Made by a program: the position numbers and the translations under genes. Source: Occultella glacieicola (GTDB lineage Bacteria > Actinomycetota > Actinomycetes > Actinomycetales > Beutenbergiaceae). Taken from it: a stretch of 34,915 nucleotides of DNA. Numbering within the stretch: position 1 is the stretch's first letter; each line of letters opens with the position of its first letter. This document shows, one piece after another, positions 17,747 to 27,938 of the stretch. Below the pieces are notes generated by a model. That model searched no databases and was not told the origin of the DNA. It saw nothing but the letters and a program-made list of their open reading frames with translations. Where the stretch lies: positions 124,001 to 158,915 of the forward strand of contig NZ_SMNA01000012.1 of assembly GCF_004353825.1 (NCBI RefSeq). The letters run 5' to 3'.

Positions 17747-19888
17747 TCAACTCCCGGCCGCGTCGAGTCGCAGCAGCACGGAGCGGTCGACGTCCAGTGA
17801 CGGCGCTTCCAGCCCTGCCTCGGCGAGAACCCGCCCCGGCAGGCTGACCCCGGCCGAGAGCCACGGTGGGCGCTGCCCCTCCGGCACCGACGCCCCGGGT
17901 ACGAACTCCGAGACCCGATAGGTCCGGTCCGGGTCGAGACCCGGAAAGCGCAGCCGCTCCGGCGGCCACACCGCGGGCCGGTCCAGCACCACGAACTGGA
18001 ACAGCGCGGACCGTCGATCGGCGCCCACCACCCCTTCGAGCCGGACCGCGGGCTGGGTGTCCGCGTGGACCACGTCGCCGCTGTGCAGCAGGTCGCGCAC
18101 GGCCCGGTGCTGCTGGACCCAGGCGCGGACTGCCTCGGTCTCGTCCGGGTTGAGCGTGGCGAGGTCGAGCTCGATACCGAAATGCCCCCAGAACGCGGTC
18201 GCCGCGCGAAAGTCCAGGGGGGCGACCCGGTGGGTGGTGTGGGACTCCATGGCGCCGATGTGGGTGCCCTGGAGCTCGGGTGGCACGAGCAGGCCGGTCC
18301 ACCGCTGAATGTCGACCCGGTCGTGGGGGTCGTTGCAGTCGCTCGGCCAGACCCGGTCGGTGTGCTCCAGCACGCCGAGGTCGATCCGGCCGCCGCCGCT
18401 GGCGCAGGACTCGATCTCCAGACCGGGGTGCAGGTCCCTCAGCTCGGCCATCATCCGGTAGGCCTGCAGGGTCTGGGCGCGCACCGCCGCGTGGCCGTTC
18501 GAGGAGTGGCCGGCGTCGGTGAGGTAGCGGTTGTGGTCCCATTTCAGGAAGTCGATGCCGAGGCGTTCCACGAGCGTCGAGATCCGCTCGAGGGCCAGGG
18601 CGTAGGCGGCTTCGTGGGTCAGGTCCAGACCGTGCTGGTGCCGGGAGGGCAGCCCGGTGCCGTGGCCGCCGTCGAAGACCCAGTCGGGATGTTCGCGGGC
18701 GAGGTCGGAGTCGAGGTTGACCATCTCGGGCTCGACCCAGAGCCCGAACTCCATGCCCAGCTCGTGTACCCGCGCCGCGAGCGCGTCCAGGCCCTCGGGC
18801 CAGACCGCAGGGTCCACGAGCCAGTCACCGAGACCGCGGGTGTCGTCGCGCCGGTTCAAGAACCAACCGTCGTCCACCACGAACCGCTCGATGCCCAGGT
18901 CCGCGCCCTGTTCCGCGAGGGCGATCAGCCGCTGGGGGTCGTGGTCGAAGTAGACCGCCTCCCAGGTGTTCAGCACCACCGGGCGCGGGGACCGCGGGTG
19001 GGTGGGGCGGGCCCGCAGGTGCCGGTGCACCCGCGAGGCCAGTTCGTCGAGGCCCTCGCCCCAGGAGCCGTAGACCCACGGGGACTGGTGGGTCTGCCCC
19101 GGGGTCAGCACCACCTCGTCGGGCAGGAGCAACTCGCCGGCGCGCAGGAACCGGGTCCCCGCCGGCACGAGTTCGGCGGCGAGCACCTGGTTGCCGCTCC
19201 AGCCGAGGTGGACGCCCCAGACCCGGCCCTTGCGGAACCCCAAGGACGGCTCCCCGACGGTGAGCATGGTGGAGTGGTCGAGCCCGGGCTTGCCGCCGCG
19301 GCTCTCCCGGACCCACGAGCCGACCCGCAGCGGATGCCGCTGCGGCACCCGCTCGAGGGCCCACCGGCCGGTGAGGTCGAGGATCTCCGCGGCCTCGGAC
19401 GGCAGCGGCAGCGCCATCTCCAGTGCGTCCAGCCGGTAGGCGTCGGCGCCGGTGTTGGTCAGTTCCGCCGCGGCCCGGAGCAACCCGCTGGGTCCCAGTT
19501 CGATCGTGACGAGGATGTCGAGCTCCGAGACCGCGTCGGTGGCGGTCGTCCGGACCCGAAGGGTCCCGTCGTGGTCCTCCACCGTGGACCGAGAGCCGGA
19601 GAACAGCGGCGCGAACGCCCGTCCGCCCCGGCTCCCGACGATCCCCGGCCGCCCGAGCCACCCCTCCGCGAGCGCGGGCAGGACCGGCACCGGCTGCGGG
19701 TAGGTCACCGCGCTGTCCCCGACCGTCGGCTCGACCGCGCCCGCGAACGCTTCCAGGGCGGCCGAGGTGAGGTCCCCGAGGTCGGTGCCCCAGTGCAGGA
19801 TGCGGGGCAGCCGCCCGCCGTCCAGGTTCAGGACCACGCTGGTCCCGCCCCGGCGCAGGTGCTCGATCGGCATGGCTTGTCTCGTCAC
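17747..19888 (-). CDS. Alpha-galactosidase, GH36
   Basis: GTG at 19888 after GAGGA (or ATG at 19873); 'LNTWEAVYFD', 'FVVDDGWF', 'FGLWVEPEMVN.DS', 'FLKWDHNR', 'IESCASGGGRID', 'WPSD'. Confidence 0.94.
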   Translation of the reverse strand: MTRQAMPIEHLRRGGTSVVLNLDGGRLPRILHWGTDLGDLTSAALEAFAGAVEPTVGDSAVTYPQPVPVLPALAEGWLGRPGIVGSRGGRAFAPLFSGSRSTVEDHDGTLRVRTTATDAVSELDILVTIELGPSGLLRAAAELTNTGADAYRLDALEMALPLPSEAAEILDLTGRWALERVPQRHPLRVGSWVRESRGGKPGLDHSTMLTVGEPSLGFRKGRVWGVHLGWSGNQVLAAELVPAGTRFLRAGELLLPDEVVLTPGQTHQSPWVYGSWGEGLDELASRVHRHLRARPTHPRSPRPVVLNTWEAVYFDHDPQRLIALAEQGADLGIERFVVDDGWFLNRRDDTRGLGDWLVDPAVWPEGLDALAARVHELGMEFGLWVEPEMVNLDSDLAREHPDWVFDGGHGTGLPSRHQHGLDLTHEAAYALALERISTLVERLGIDFLKWDHNRYLTDAGHSSNGHAAVRAQTLQAYRMMAELRDLHPGLEIESCASGGGRIDLGVLEHTDRVWPSDCNDPHDRVDIQRWTGLLVPPELQGTHIGAMESHTTHRVAPLDFRAATAFWGHFGIELDLATLNPDETEAVRAWVQQHRAVRDLLHSGDVVHADTQPAVRLEGVVGADRRSALFQFVVLDRPAVWPPERLRFPGLDPDRTYRVSEFVPGASVPEGQRPPWLSAGVSLPGRVLAEAGLEAPSLDVDRSVLLRLDAAGS

Positions 19889-19923
19889 GGCGTTCCTCAG
19901 GTAGGTGAGTAGGAGGGTGGTGG

Positions 19924-20775
19924 TTACTTGGACCCGGACATGGCGATCCCGCGGATGAACTGCTTCTGCAGCAGCACGAAGATCACCACCATGGGCAGGA
20001 TCGCGAGCAGGGACCCGGCCATCAGCACCGGGTAGTCGGTGCCCTGGGCGCCCTGCAGCGTGGCCAGGCCCACCGGGAGCGTCATCCGGCTCGGGTCGGT
20101 GTTGATGACCAGCGGCCAGAGCAGGTCGTTCCAGGAGAACAGGGAGGTCATGATCACCACGGCCGCCAGGGCCGGCAGGCACAGCGGCAGGATCACCCGC
20201 CGGTAGATCTGCCACGGGTTCGCACCGTCCAGCCGGGCCGCCTCGTCCAGCTCGACCGGCAGCGCCCGCATGAACTGGTACAGGATGAACATCCCGAACG
20301 AGGAGAAGATCCCGGGGACGGCGAGCGCCTGGATCGTGTTGAGCCAGCCCAGGTCCCGGATCACCTCGTACTGCGGAATGATGAACAACTGCGGCGGAAC
20401 CATCAGCGTGGCCAGGAACAGGGTCAGCAGGGCTCGCTGGAACGGGAACCGGAGCCGGGCGAAGCAGTACGCGGCGAGCGAGGCGACGAGGACCTGCCCG
20501 GTGACCCGCAGGATCAGCGCGAGCACGCTGTTCACCGCCATCGTCTCCACCGGCAGCACGTCGAAGATGCGCGCGTAGTTCTCCCAGTGCCAGGTGCTCG
20601 GCCAGATCACCGGCGGCGCCACGGTCGATTCCCGCAGCGACTTCACCGACGTCAGGAACTGCCACAGGAACGGCGCCACCATCAGCAGGGCACCGACGGT
20701 GAGGACCACGTAACTGACAGCGCGGCCCACTCGCAACGGCGCCCGGGTTGCCCCGCGTCCCACACCCTCAGGCAT
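19924..20775 (-). CDS. Carbohydrate ABC transporter permease (MalG-type)
   Basis: EAA loop 'ELDEAARLDGA', 'WNDLLWPL', 'QKQFIRGIAMSG'. Confidence 0.93.
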   Translation of the reverse strand: MPEGVGRGATRAPLRVGRAVSYVVLTVGALLMVAPFLWQFLTSVKSLRESTVAPPVIWPSTWHWENYARIFDVLPVETMAVNSVLALILRVTGQVLVASLAAYCFARLRFPFQRALLTLFLATLMVPPQLFIIPQYEVIRDLGWLNTIQALAVPGIFSSFGMFILYQFMRALPVELDEAARLDGANPWQIYRRVILPLCLPALAAVVIMTSLFSWNDLLWPLVINTDPSRMTLPVGLATLQGAQGTDYPVLMAGSLLAILPMVVIFVLLQKQFIRGIAMSGSK

Positions 20776-21685
20776 AGTGCACCCACCGCCGCTGCAGCCG
20801 GAACTGGATCGCGGTCACGATCAGCGTCACCACCAGCGTGACGATCGCGATCACCGCGCCGAGCGGCCGGTCGCTGCGCACGAACGCCTCCTCGTAGAAC
20901 AGGTACACGATGGTCTTGGAGTCGGCGAGCGCCGGGTTGGTTCGGCCGAGCATCACGAAGAGCAGGTCGAACATCTGCAACGACCCGATCACCGACAGCA
21001 CGCTCACGAGGAAGACCGACGGCGACAGCAGCGGAGCGGTAATGGACGCGAACCTACGAACCGGACCTGCGCCGTCGAGCATTGCGGCCTCGGTGACGCT
21101 GTCCGGGATCGCCTCGAGCCCCGCGGCGAGGATGATCAGGTTCGTCCCCAGCCCCATCCAGATCCCGACCACCGCGACCGCGAACAGAGCGGTCCTCGGG
21201 TCGGCGACCCACGCCGTGGTCGGCAGTCCCACGGCCGCGAAGACCTCGTTGAGCAGCCCAAAGTCACCGTTGTAGATGTAACGCCAGACCATGGCGACGG
21301 CGGCCGGCATGGTGACCACGGGCAGGAAGTAGAGCACGCGGTACAGCCCGCGAAAACGCAGCCCCCGCTGGTGCAGCAGCACGGCCGTGATCATCGCCAA
21401 CGGCACCCCGAGCAGCACCACGGCCGCGTAGACGAGCGTGTTCAGCAGCGCCCGGGGCAGCTCGTCCCCGGTCAGCACCTGCACCCAGTTGTCGAAGCCG
21501 GTGATCTCATACCCGAGGAACGGGTTGCCGGTGGAGACGGACAGGATGATCGTGCGCAGGAGCGGCCAGAGGTAGAACACCACGAGCCCGAGCAGGGGTA
21601 CCGCCAGCAGGATCGCGGCCCACCGGCCGTCCCCGGAGGGCCGCCGGCGGACCGGCGACCCTCCGGGAGTGCGTATCGCGCTCAT
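20768..21685 (-). CDS. Carbohydrate ABC transporter permease (MalF-type)
   Basis: ATG at 21685 (or TTG at 21691); 'GFDNW', 'FGLLN', 'EAAMLDGAG..RRFASIT.PLL'. Confidence 0.92.
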   Translation of the reverse strand: MSAIRTPGGSPVRRRPSGDGRWAAILLAVPLLGLVVFYLWPLLRTIILSVSTGNPFLGYEITGFDNWVQVLTGDELPRALLNTLVYAAVVLLGVPLAMITAVLLHQRGLRFRGLYRVLYFLPVVTMPAAVAMVWRYIYNGDFGLLNEVFAAVGLPTTAWVADPRTALFAVAVVGIWMGLGTNLIILAAGLEAIPDSVTEAAMLDGAGPVRRFASITAPLLSPSVFLVSVLSVIGSLQMFDLLFVMLGRTNPALADSKTIVYLFYEEAFVRSDRPLGAVIAIVTLVVTLIVTAIQFRLQRRWVHYA

Positions 21686-21693
21686 CGCCAAGG

Positions 21694-22977
21694 TCAGCCC
21701 TGCTCCGCGGCGAGGGCCTCGTTCATCGCGTCGGCGAGGTTCCCGGCAGCCTCCTCGACCGTCTGCTCACCGGTCCACGCCGGTGTGAGCAGCTCGGACT
21801 CGCGGCTGGCCCAGGCCTCGGTGTTGTTCGAGGTCGGGAACACCACGGAGGAGTCCACCATGTCCAGGAACACCTGCACGTTGAACTGCGGGAAGGCGTC
21901 CACCCAGGCCTGCTGGGTGTCCTGGTAGGAGCCGATCACGGCGCCGCTGTCGCTCTGGATCTGGGACGCCTCGGGCGAGGACAGGAACACGGCCAGCTGG
22001 GCCGCCTCCTCCGGGTGCTCCGAGCCCGCGAACGCCACGTTGCCGAGCCCGTTGATGACGGTGACGTCGGAGACCGGGCCGGCCGGCAACTCGGTGACGT
22101 CGAAGTTCGCCGAGGCGTACTCGTCGCTGGCGAACCGGACCGCGTAGAACGAGCCGGTGTACAGCATCGCCAGACGCCCGGACATGAACTGCGCGACCGA
22201 CTCGGTGTCCGCGAAGGACTGCAGGTCCGGGGACACGCCGTATTCGTTGATCATGTCGGTCCAGTAGGCGATGCCCTCGATCGACGCCGGGTCGTCGTAC
22301 CCGGAGGTGGTGCCGTCGGCCGAGATCACCTCACCGCCGGCCTGGTAGATGGTGTTGTAGTAGGTGGCCTGCGGGTCCAGCGGTGCGCCGATGCCGTAGA
22401 CGTCCGCGGCCGGGTCGGTGAGCGCCTGGGCGTTGGAGATGACGTCGTCCCAGGTCCAGTCCGGGTTCGGGTACTCAAGGCCGGCCTCGTCGAAGAGGGC
22501 CTTGTTGTACCAGAGGCCGATCGTGTCGAAGTCCTTGGGCAGGGCGTAGGTGACGTCATCGCGCTGGTAGAGCGCCACGAGCGGCTCGGGGTACCCGGCG
22601 ACGTCGATGCCGGCGTCGGCGATCGTGTCGTCGAGCGGCAGCAGCGCGCCGCCCTCGAGGTAGGGCCCGAGCTTCGCGCCCAGCATCCAGGCGACGTCCG
22701 GCCCGGTGCCGCCGGCCGAGGTGGTCAGCAGGGTGTTCCAGTAGTCGACCCACGGGATCACCTGCAGGTTGACCGTGATGTTCGGGTTCTCGTCCTCGAA
22801 CGCGTCGACCACGGCCTGGATCGCCGGTTCCTGATCGGGTGAGAAGATCGCGAAGTCGAGCTCGATCTGCTCACCGTCACCCGAGCCGGCGTCATCGCCG
22901 CCGGCATCGGGACTCGTGCAGCCCGCGAGCAGGCCGACCGCCAGGGCTCCGCTCAGGGTGAGTGCTTTCCACTTCAT
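21694..22977 (-). CDS. Sugar ABC transporter substrate-binding lipoprotein (family 1)
   Basis: Lipobox 'LLAGC'; 'YALP.D..LWYNKALFDEAG..PNPDWTWDD'; RBS GGAAGGA. Confidence 0.93.
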   Translation of the reverse strand: MKWKALTLSGALAVGLLAGCTSPDAGGDDAGSGDGEQIELDFAIFSPDQEPAIQAVVDAFEDENPNITVNLQVIPWVDYWNTLLTTSAGGTGPDVAWMLGAKLGPYLEGGALLPLDDTIADAGIDVAGYPEPLVALYQRDDVTYALPKDFDTIGLWYNKALFDEAGLEYPNPDWTWDDVISNAQALTDPAADVYGIGAPLDPQATYYNTIYQAGGEVISADGTTSGYDDPASIEGIAYWTDMINEYGVSPDLQSFADTESVAQFMSGRLAMLYTGSFYAVRFASDEYASANFDVTELPAGPVSDVTVINGLGNVAFAGSEHPEEAAQLAVFLSSPEASQIQSDSGAVIGSYQDTQQAWVDAFPQFNVQVFLDMVDSSVVFPTSNNTEAWASRESELLTPAWTGEQTVEEAAGNLADAMNEALAAEQG

Positions 22978-22996
22978 CGTGTGTCCTTCCGGTGGG

Positions 22997-25429
22997 TCAT
23001 CGGTGTAGTTGGGGGTTGATCCAGTCGATATGCGGGCGCGCGTCCGGGGCGGCGCCGCTCGGGTCGGCCACGGTCAGGGAGAGCCGCACGCGGCCCTCGA
23101 CGCCGACCCGGACCTCCTGCGCGGGCTCGCCCGAGGTGAGCTCGAGCCGGGCGAGCACCTCGTCGTCGCCGCGCACCGTCACCGTGGCGACGTGCCCGGG
23201 GGTCTCGTCGTCGATCCCGACGAGGCAGCTGAACTCGCCTGCGAGCCCGCCGATCGCGTAGGTGACCTCGGCCGGGGAGCAGACCCCGAGGCCGCGCTCG
23301 TAGATGGCGCCGGCCACGGTCATGGGAGCGCCGTCCTTGGGGTTGCCGGGCCCGTTGGACATGTCCCGCTCCACCGGCCCGAACCCGTTCGCGGCCGCGA
23401 TCGGGCGGCAGTCCACGAGGTCGGTGGCGCCCACGTCCGGATGGGTCACCACGCGCACGTGGGCGACCGGTCGGGCGCCGTCCCGCAGGGTCAGCACGCC
23501 CACCTGCGCCGGGCCGAGGTCGCCCGGGACGGTGACGGTCCAGCGCCCGGTGCCATCGGCGTGCGGCTGCGGCCAGCCCGGCGGCGTGACCAGGTCGAGG
23601 TCTCCAGGGCCGTCGGCGCCGATCTCGACGGCGTCGCCCGGGTTGGCCATGATGAGGTCGCGTTCGAGGGTCGGTGCCGCGCCGTAAGTCGATGCCCGAC
23701 GGCGGGGGCTGGCCGGGTAGAGCACCGCGCCTCCGTTCTCGCGCAGGTCGAGCCGCAGCGGGCGGTCGCCGCCCTGGTGGGTCGCCTCGGCCAACCCGGC
23801 GTCGCCGGCGTCGGTGACGAGGCGGAACGGCTGGTCGTCGAGTCCGGTGAGATCGAGGTCGACGGTGCGCGGCGGGCCCGCGTTCAGCACGCCGACGAAC
23901 CAGTCCTCGCCGAAGCGTCGGGCGATCGCCACCCACTCCCCTGGCCGGCCGCCAACGAGTCGCGTCTCGTCCCAGACGGCTGCGACCGCGTCGAGCACCT
24001 GCTCGGCGATTGGCCGGGCTCGGTACTGATCGATCTCGTCGGCGAAGTGGGTGATCCCGGACTCGAGCACGATCGCGAGCGCGAGTTCGTGCGCGTCGGA
24101 CGTGACCCGAGCCGGCGTGGAGAAGGTCACCGGGGTGTAGTCCGCCGAGCCGATCACGTTGCGGGTGAACGGGACGATCGTGTTGTGCGCCGGTGGCAGC
24201 GAGTCGCCGTAGAACACGTAATACTCGGCGCCCCGGACCGCCTCGTAGGTGACCACGTGCGGGTGGGTCCTGGCCCAGCCGCGCGGGATCACCGAACCGT
24301 GGAAGTTCAGCATCAGGCCGACCCGGGCCGCCTCGGCGATCACCTCGTCGTACCAGCGGTAGCGCTCCTGCGCCTCGGACTCCATGAAGTCGACCTTCAC
24401 GCCGGCCACGCCCCAGGACGCCCACTCCGCGATGTCGCTGTGGATGTCGAGCCAGTCCCAGCTGACCCACACGAAGATCCCGATCCCGCGCGCGCCGGCG
24501 GCGGCGGCGAGTTCGGGCATCCAGGTGCGGTCCCAGCCGCAGTCGACCAGGACGTGCTCCCACCCGTGCGCGGCGGCGTAGTCGACGAGACGCAGTTGCG
24601 CGTCCAGTTGGGCGCCGGAGTAGAAGTCGGACCACCAGGACCACGCCGCCCGCCCTGGGCGAACCCACGCCGGGATCGGCGCCTGCGCCGGTCGCGCCAG
24701 GTCGTCGACCAAGTGGGACGCGACGATGGTGGCCAGGCTGCCGAGGTGGAACACCCGCCACGGGACGGCGGTGCCGCCCTCGTCGAGGGTCACCGGGTCC
24801 GCAAGTGTGAACGAGAACGAGCCGCCCGCGTGCCGTAGCAGGGAGCCGCCGTAGCCGCCGTCGATGTCGGACTCGGCGATCAGCACGTAGCTCTCGTCGT
24901 CGCCCGGCAGCACCTGTGCCAGCAGTGGGAGCCCGTAGTCACCGTCGGGCAGGTCGGCGACCGAAGAGGCGAACCGGGGTTCCTCGTACCAGGAGGTGTA
25001 GTTCAGCGGCCACAGCGGCGCGTCGTGCGGAAGATCGAGCGTGAGGTCGGCGCCCTCGACCACCTCCCCGGCGGCGCCGTCCAGGATGATCCGGAACGCC
25101 ACGCCGTCGGCCGCCGCCCGGAGCACCAACGTGACGTCCGCGCCGCGGGCGTTCGTGAACGTGACCCGCTGCTCGGCGTGCCGGACCTCGTGGCGGCCGA
25201 CGCGCTTACCGACGGCCAGGTCGTAGGCCTCGAAGACATCCCGATCAGCGGCGGAGGTTGCCGTGAGCCCGGCGAGCAGGTCGGTCCCGTCCACGGTCCG
25301 CAACCGCAGCGGCGTCGCGGAGGAGAGCCGCAGTTGGTGACGCCACAGGCTCAGGTGGATTGCGCCGTCGTGCAGGCTCGCCTCGATGCCGCAGGCATCG
25401 AACTGTGCGGTCCAGGTCGGCTCAGACAT
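22997..25429 (-). CDS. GH97 glycoside hydrolase (probably a retaining alpha-galactosidase) with C-terminal NPCBM/CBM51-like domain
   Basis: ATG at 25429 after GGAGG; 'WVRPGRAAWSWW', 'LVDCGW', 'GVAGVKVDF', 'NFHG..PRG..RT.P', 'PFTRNVIGSADYTP'; C-terminal 'GFGPVERDMSNG..YERGLG..VGIDDE'. Confidence 0.88.
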   Translation of the reverse strand: MSEPTWTAQFDACGIEASLHDGAIHLSLWRHQLRLSSATPLRLRTVDGTDLLAGLTATSAADRDVFEAYDLAVGKRVGRHEVRHAEQRVTFTNARGADVTLVLRAAADGVAFRIILDGAAGEVVEGADLTLDLPHDAPLWPLNYTSWYEEPRFASSVADLPDGDYGLPLLAQVLPGDDESYVLIAESDIDGGYGGSLLRHAGGSFSFTLADPVTLDEGGTAVPWRVFHLGSLATIVASHLVDDLARPAQAPIPAWVRPGRAAWSWWSDFYSGAQLDAQLRLVDYAAAHGWEHVLVDCGWDRTWMPELAAAAGARGIGIFVWVSWDWLDIHSDIAEWASWGVAGVKVDFMESEAQERYRWYDEVIAEAARVGLMLNFHGSVIPRGWARTHPHVVTYEAVRGAEYYVFYGDSLPPAHNTIVPFTRNVIGSADYTPVTFSTPARVTSDAHELALAIVLESGITHFADEIDQYRARPIAEQVLDAVAAVWDETRLVGGRPGEWVAIARRFGEDWFVGVLNAGPPRTVDLDLTGLDDQPFRLVTDAGDAGLAEATHQGGDRPLRLDLRENGGAVLYPASPRRRASTYGAAPTLERDLIMANPGDAVEIGADGPGDLDLVTPPGWPQPHADGTGRWTVTVPGDLGPAQVGVLTLRDGARPVAHVRVVTHPDVGATDLVDCRPIAAANGFGPVERDMSNGPGNPKDGAPMTVAGAIYERGLGVCSPAEVTYAIGGLAGEFSCLVGIDDETPGHVATVTVRGDDEVLARLELTSGEPAQEVRVGVEGRVRLSLTVADPSGAAPDARPHIDWINPQLHR

Positions 25430-26672
25430 GGGAACCTCCGAAGACCCGGCGGCCCGAGGCGAGCCGGCTCGGGAACGCGAACTCCTCGATCGCGACCGCG
25501 GCGGCACCCCGCGCCCACTCCGCCAGCGGCAGCGGCTGCAGGTGCAGCTGGGTCTGCCGCGCGGCGCCGAAGGTCTGCTCGGCGAAGGAGTCCCGGATCG
25601 CGGACTCGATGAAGTCGTAGGTGGTGAGCCCCTCCCCCGAGACGATCACCTGCGCTGGTCCGATGATGTTGGCGACCGAGGCGATGGCGAGCCCGATCAG
25701 GTGGCCGGCCCGCACGAACACCGCCGCGATCGCGGCGTCCCCGGACCGGGCGCGCTCGACGGCGTCACGAAGGCTCAACTCCGGCTCCCCCGCGACCTCA
25801 CGGCAGCGACTCAGCAGCGCAGCGGTGGACGCCTCCGCCTCGACACACCCGTGCCCGCCGCACCGGCAGAGCACGCTCGGGTCGCCGACCGGCAGGTGCC
25901 CGATCTCCCCGGCCACCGAGTGGGCGCCGCGGATCAGGGCGCCATCGACCACCAGTGCGGACCCGATGCCGGTGCCGATGGTGACCAGGGCGAAGTCGTC
26001 GAGGCCGCGTGCGTAGCCGAACCACTGCTCGGCGGTGGCCAGGGCCTTCACGTCGTTCTCGACCACGACGTGCTTGCCGGTCGCCTGCGAGACGCGGGCG
26101 CCGAGGTCCACGTCGCGCCAATCCAGGAACGGTGAGTACCGGACCCGGCCGGTCGCGTGGTCGACGTCCCCGGAGACGCTCAGCCCGACGTGATCTGCCG
26201 GGTGGGTGAACCCGAGCTTGCGGGCCTGCTTGTCCAGGGTCGTGATGATCTCGACCACGGTCTCGATCGCGGCGTCCACGTCGGTGCCGACCAGAGTCCG
26301 TTGCTCCTGGCCGCGGATCCGCCCGCCGAAGTCGACGAGCACCCCCACAACCTCCTCGTGCGTGAGCTTGACCCCGAACGTGCCGGTGTAGTCGACGGCG
26401 ATCCGCACCGGCCGCCGCGGCCGCCCCATCCGGCTCGTCGCCTCGTCGCCCGCTGCGTCGGTGGCATGCGCCTCGTTGTACTCGAGGCACCCGGCGTCCA
26501 GGAGCGGCTGGGTGGCGCGCGTGACCGCCGCCGAGGACAGGCCGATGCGCCGCGCGATGTCCGTCCGAGCGATCGGCTGCTCGGCGAACACGGTGGATAG
26601 GACCGCGGCTTCGGCGGGTGTGCCCTCGATGGGGCCACGTCGTTGTAGTGGCACGAGGGAACCGTCTCGCAC
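25422..26672 (-). CDS. ROK-family transcriptional repressor
   Basis: wHTH 'ARTDIARRIGLSSAAVTR', 'GRPR', 'VENDV', 'GTGIG', 'AGEIGH..CRCGGHGCVE'; the true start may be GTG at 26654. Confidence 0.93.
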   Translation of the reverse strand: MRDGSLVPLQRRGPIEGTPAEAAVLSTVFAEQPIARTDIARRIGLSSAAVTRATQPLLDAGCLEYNEAHATDAAGDEATSRMGRPRRPVRIAVDYTGTFGVKLTHEEVVGVLVDFGGRIRGQEQRTLVGTDVDAAIETVVEIITTLDKQARKLGFTHPADHVGLSVSGDVDHATGRVRYSPFLDWRDVDLGARVSQATGKHVVVENDVKALATAEQWFGYARGLDDFALVTIGTGIGSALVVDGALIRGAHSVAGEIGHLPVGDPSVLCRCGGHGCVEAEASTAALLSRCREVAGEPELSLRDAVERARSGDAAIAAVFVRAGHLIGLAIASVANIIGPAQVIVSGEGLTTYDFIESAIRDSFAEQTFGAARQTQLHLQPLPLAEWARGAAAVAIEEFAFPSRLASGRRVFGGSHV

Positions 26673-26696
26673 TTAGTTACCTGTGTCAAGTATCTT
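26661..26696 (-). promoter_or_regulatory. Candidate promoter/operator of the ROK operon
   Basis: AT-rich patch; minus strand TTGACA-17 nt-GACGGT; imperfect dyad ACTTAG...CAAGT. Confidence 0.45.
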
Positions 26697-26900
26697 TCTG
26701 GACCCGATCCTAGCCAGCCACGGTGAGGCCGCGCGAAGCCGGGCGGTCGTCGAGGACGACCACGCCCGCCCGGTAGCCGGTTCTCGCGTTTCGTGTAGCG
26801 GCAGATCACGATGCGACGAACCCGCCACGCGGGCCTCACGCGACGAGTAATCTCTGCTGCCACCGGGCACCGGCGCCCGGGGACCATGTGGGAGGTTGCC

Positions 26901-27938
26901 ATGCTCTCCGTCGTCATCGAGACCGCTATCGGTCTCGCCCTCGTCTTCTATTTCATGGCCCTGCTCTGCAGCGCGATCACCGAGGCGATCGCCAACGCGA
27001 TGAAGAAGCGGGCCAAGTACCTGCTCCGCGGCCTTCGGGAACTGCTCGACGACCCGGCGACCGCCGAGACCGCACCGGGTGTCGTTTCACCGAGCGCCGC
27101 GCTGGCGTCCGTGAGCGCCGAGCAGAACCTGTACAACCGGGCCCTGGCCGCCGACGCCACAACCGCCGTCCCGCCCGCGACTCCGCCGCATTCCGACGCC
27201 CCGCCCGGACCCTGGACCACGGTCCTGATGGGGCATCCCCTGATCCGGCCGTTCAAGGAGGCCCGATCCACCTCGCAGAAGACGCGGAACCCGAGCTACC
27301 TGCCGGCCCGGGCGTTCGCGGCCGCCCTGCTCGACACGATCGTACCGAACACGACCGGCAAGACCACCCTCACCCACATCCGGAACGCGGTGTCCGGTCT
27401 CGACGACGCCACGCCGTTCAAGGGTGCCCTGGTCAGCATCCTCAAGCGGACCGAGGACGACGTGAAGTCCTTCATGTCCGGGCTCGAGCAGTGGTACGAC
27501 GACCAGATGGACCGGATCAGCGGCTCCTACAAGCGCTGGTCGAAGCGGTGGCTGGCCGCCATCGCCGTCGTCCTGGTCGGGCTCGCTGGGATCGATGCGA
27601 TCGCGATCGGCCGCTCCCTCTACGAGGACGCGCCGCTGCGCGCGGCCGTCGTGGCCGCGGCCGCCAACGAGACCCTCTGCGAACAGGACGAGTCCTTCGA
27701 AGAGACCCGCGAGTGCGTCACGACGACGCTGACCGAACTCGGTGCCTCCCACGGACTCCCGCTCGGGTGGACCGAGACGACCACCCCGGACAGGTGGTCC
27801 GAATGGCTGCTGAAGGTGCTCGGTCTGGCGCTCACCGCCGCGGCCGCCACCCTCGGTGCGCCGTTCTGGTTCGACGCGTTCAACCGGCTCGGCTCACTGC
27901 GTAACGCCGGCCCCAAACCGAAAACGACGTCGGGCTGA
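26901..27938 (+). CDS. Hypothetical membrane protein
   Basis: ATG at 26901 after GGAGG; strong GC3 codon bias; N-terminal TM helix plus further hydrophobic segments; motif-like 'PSYLP..F', 'W.D..MDR.SG.YKR', 'LGAPFWFD'. Confidence 0.85.
   Translation: MLSVVIETAIGLALVFYFMALLCSAITEAIANAMKKRAKYLLRGLRELLDDPATAETAPGVVSPSAALASVSAEQNLYNRALAADATTAVPPATPPHSDAPPGPWTTVLMGHPLIRPFKEARSTSQKTRNPSYLPARAFAAALLDTIVPNTTGKTTLTHIRNAVSGLDDATPFKGALVSILKRTEDDVKSFMSGLEQWYDDQMDRISGSYKRWSKRWLAAIAVVLVGLAGIDAIAIGRSLYEDAPLRAAVVAAAANETLCEQDESFEETRECVTTTLTELGASHGLPLGWTETTTPDRWSEWLLKVLGLALTAAAATLGAPFWFDAFNRLGSLRNAGPKPKTTSG

Noticed and set aside
19889..20665. N-terminal extension making GH36 a 972-aa protein
   Set aside because: It overlaps the permease in another frame and reads as Arg/Pro/Gly-rich nonsense; the RBS supports a start at 19888
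13480..24838. Long plus-strand ORFs (e.g. 13480-14874, 14989-16257, 18065-19912, 23009-24838)
   Set aside because: Antisense shadows of real genes, caused by stop-codon scarcity in high-GC DNA
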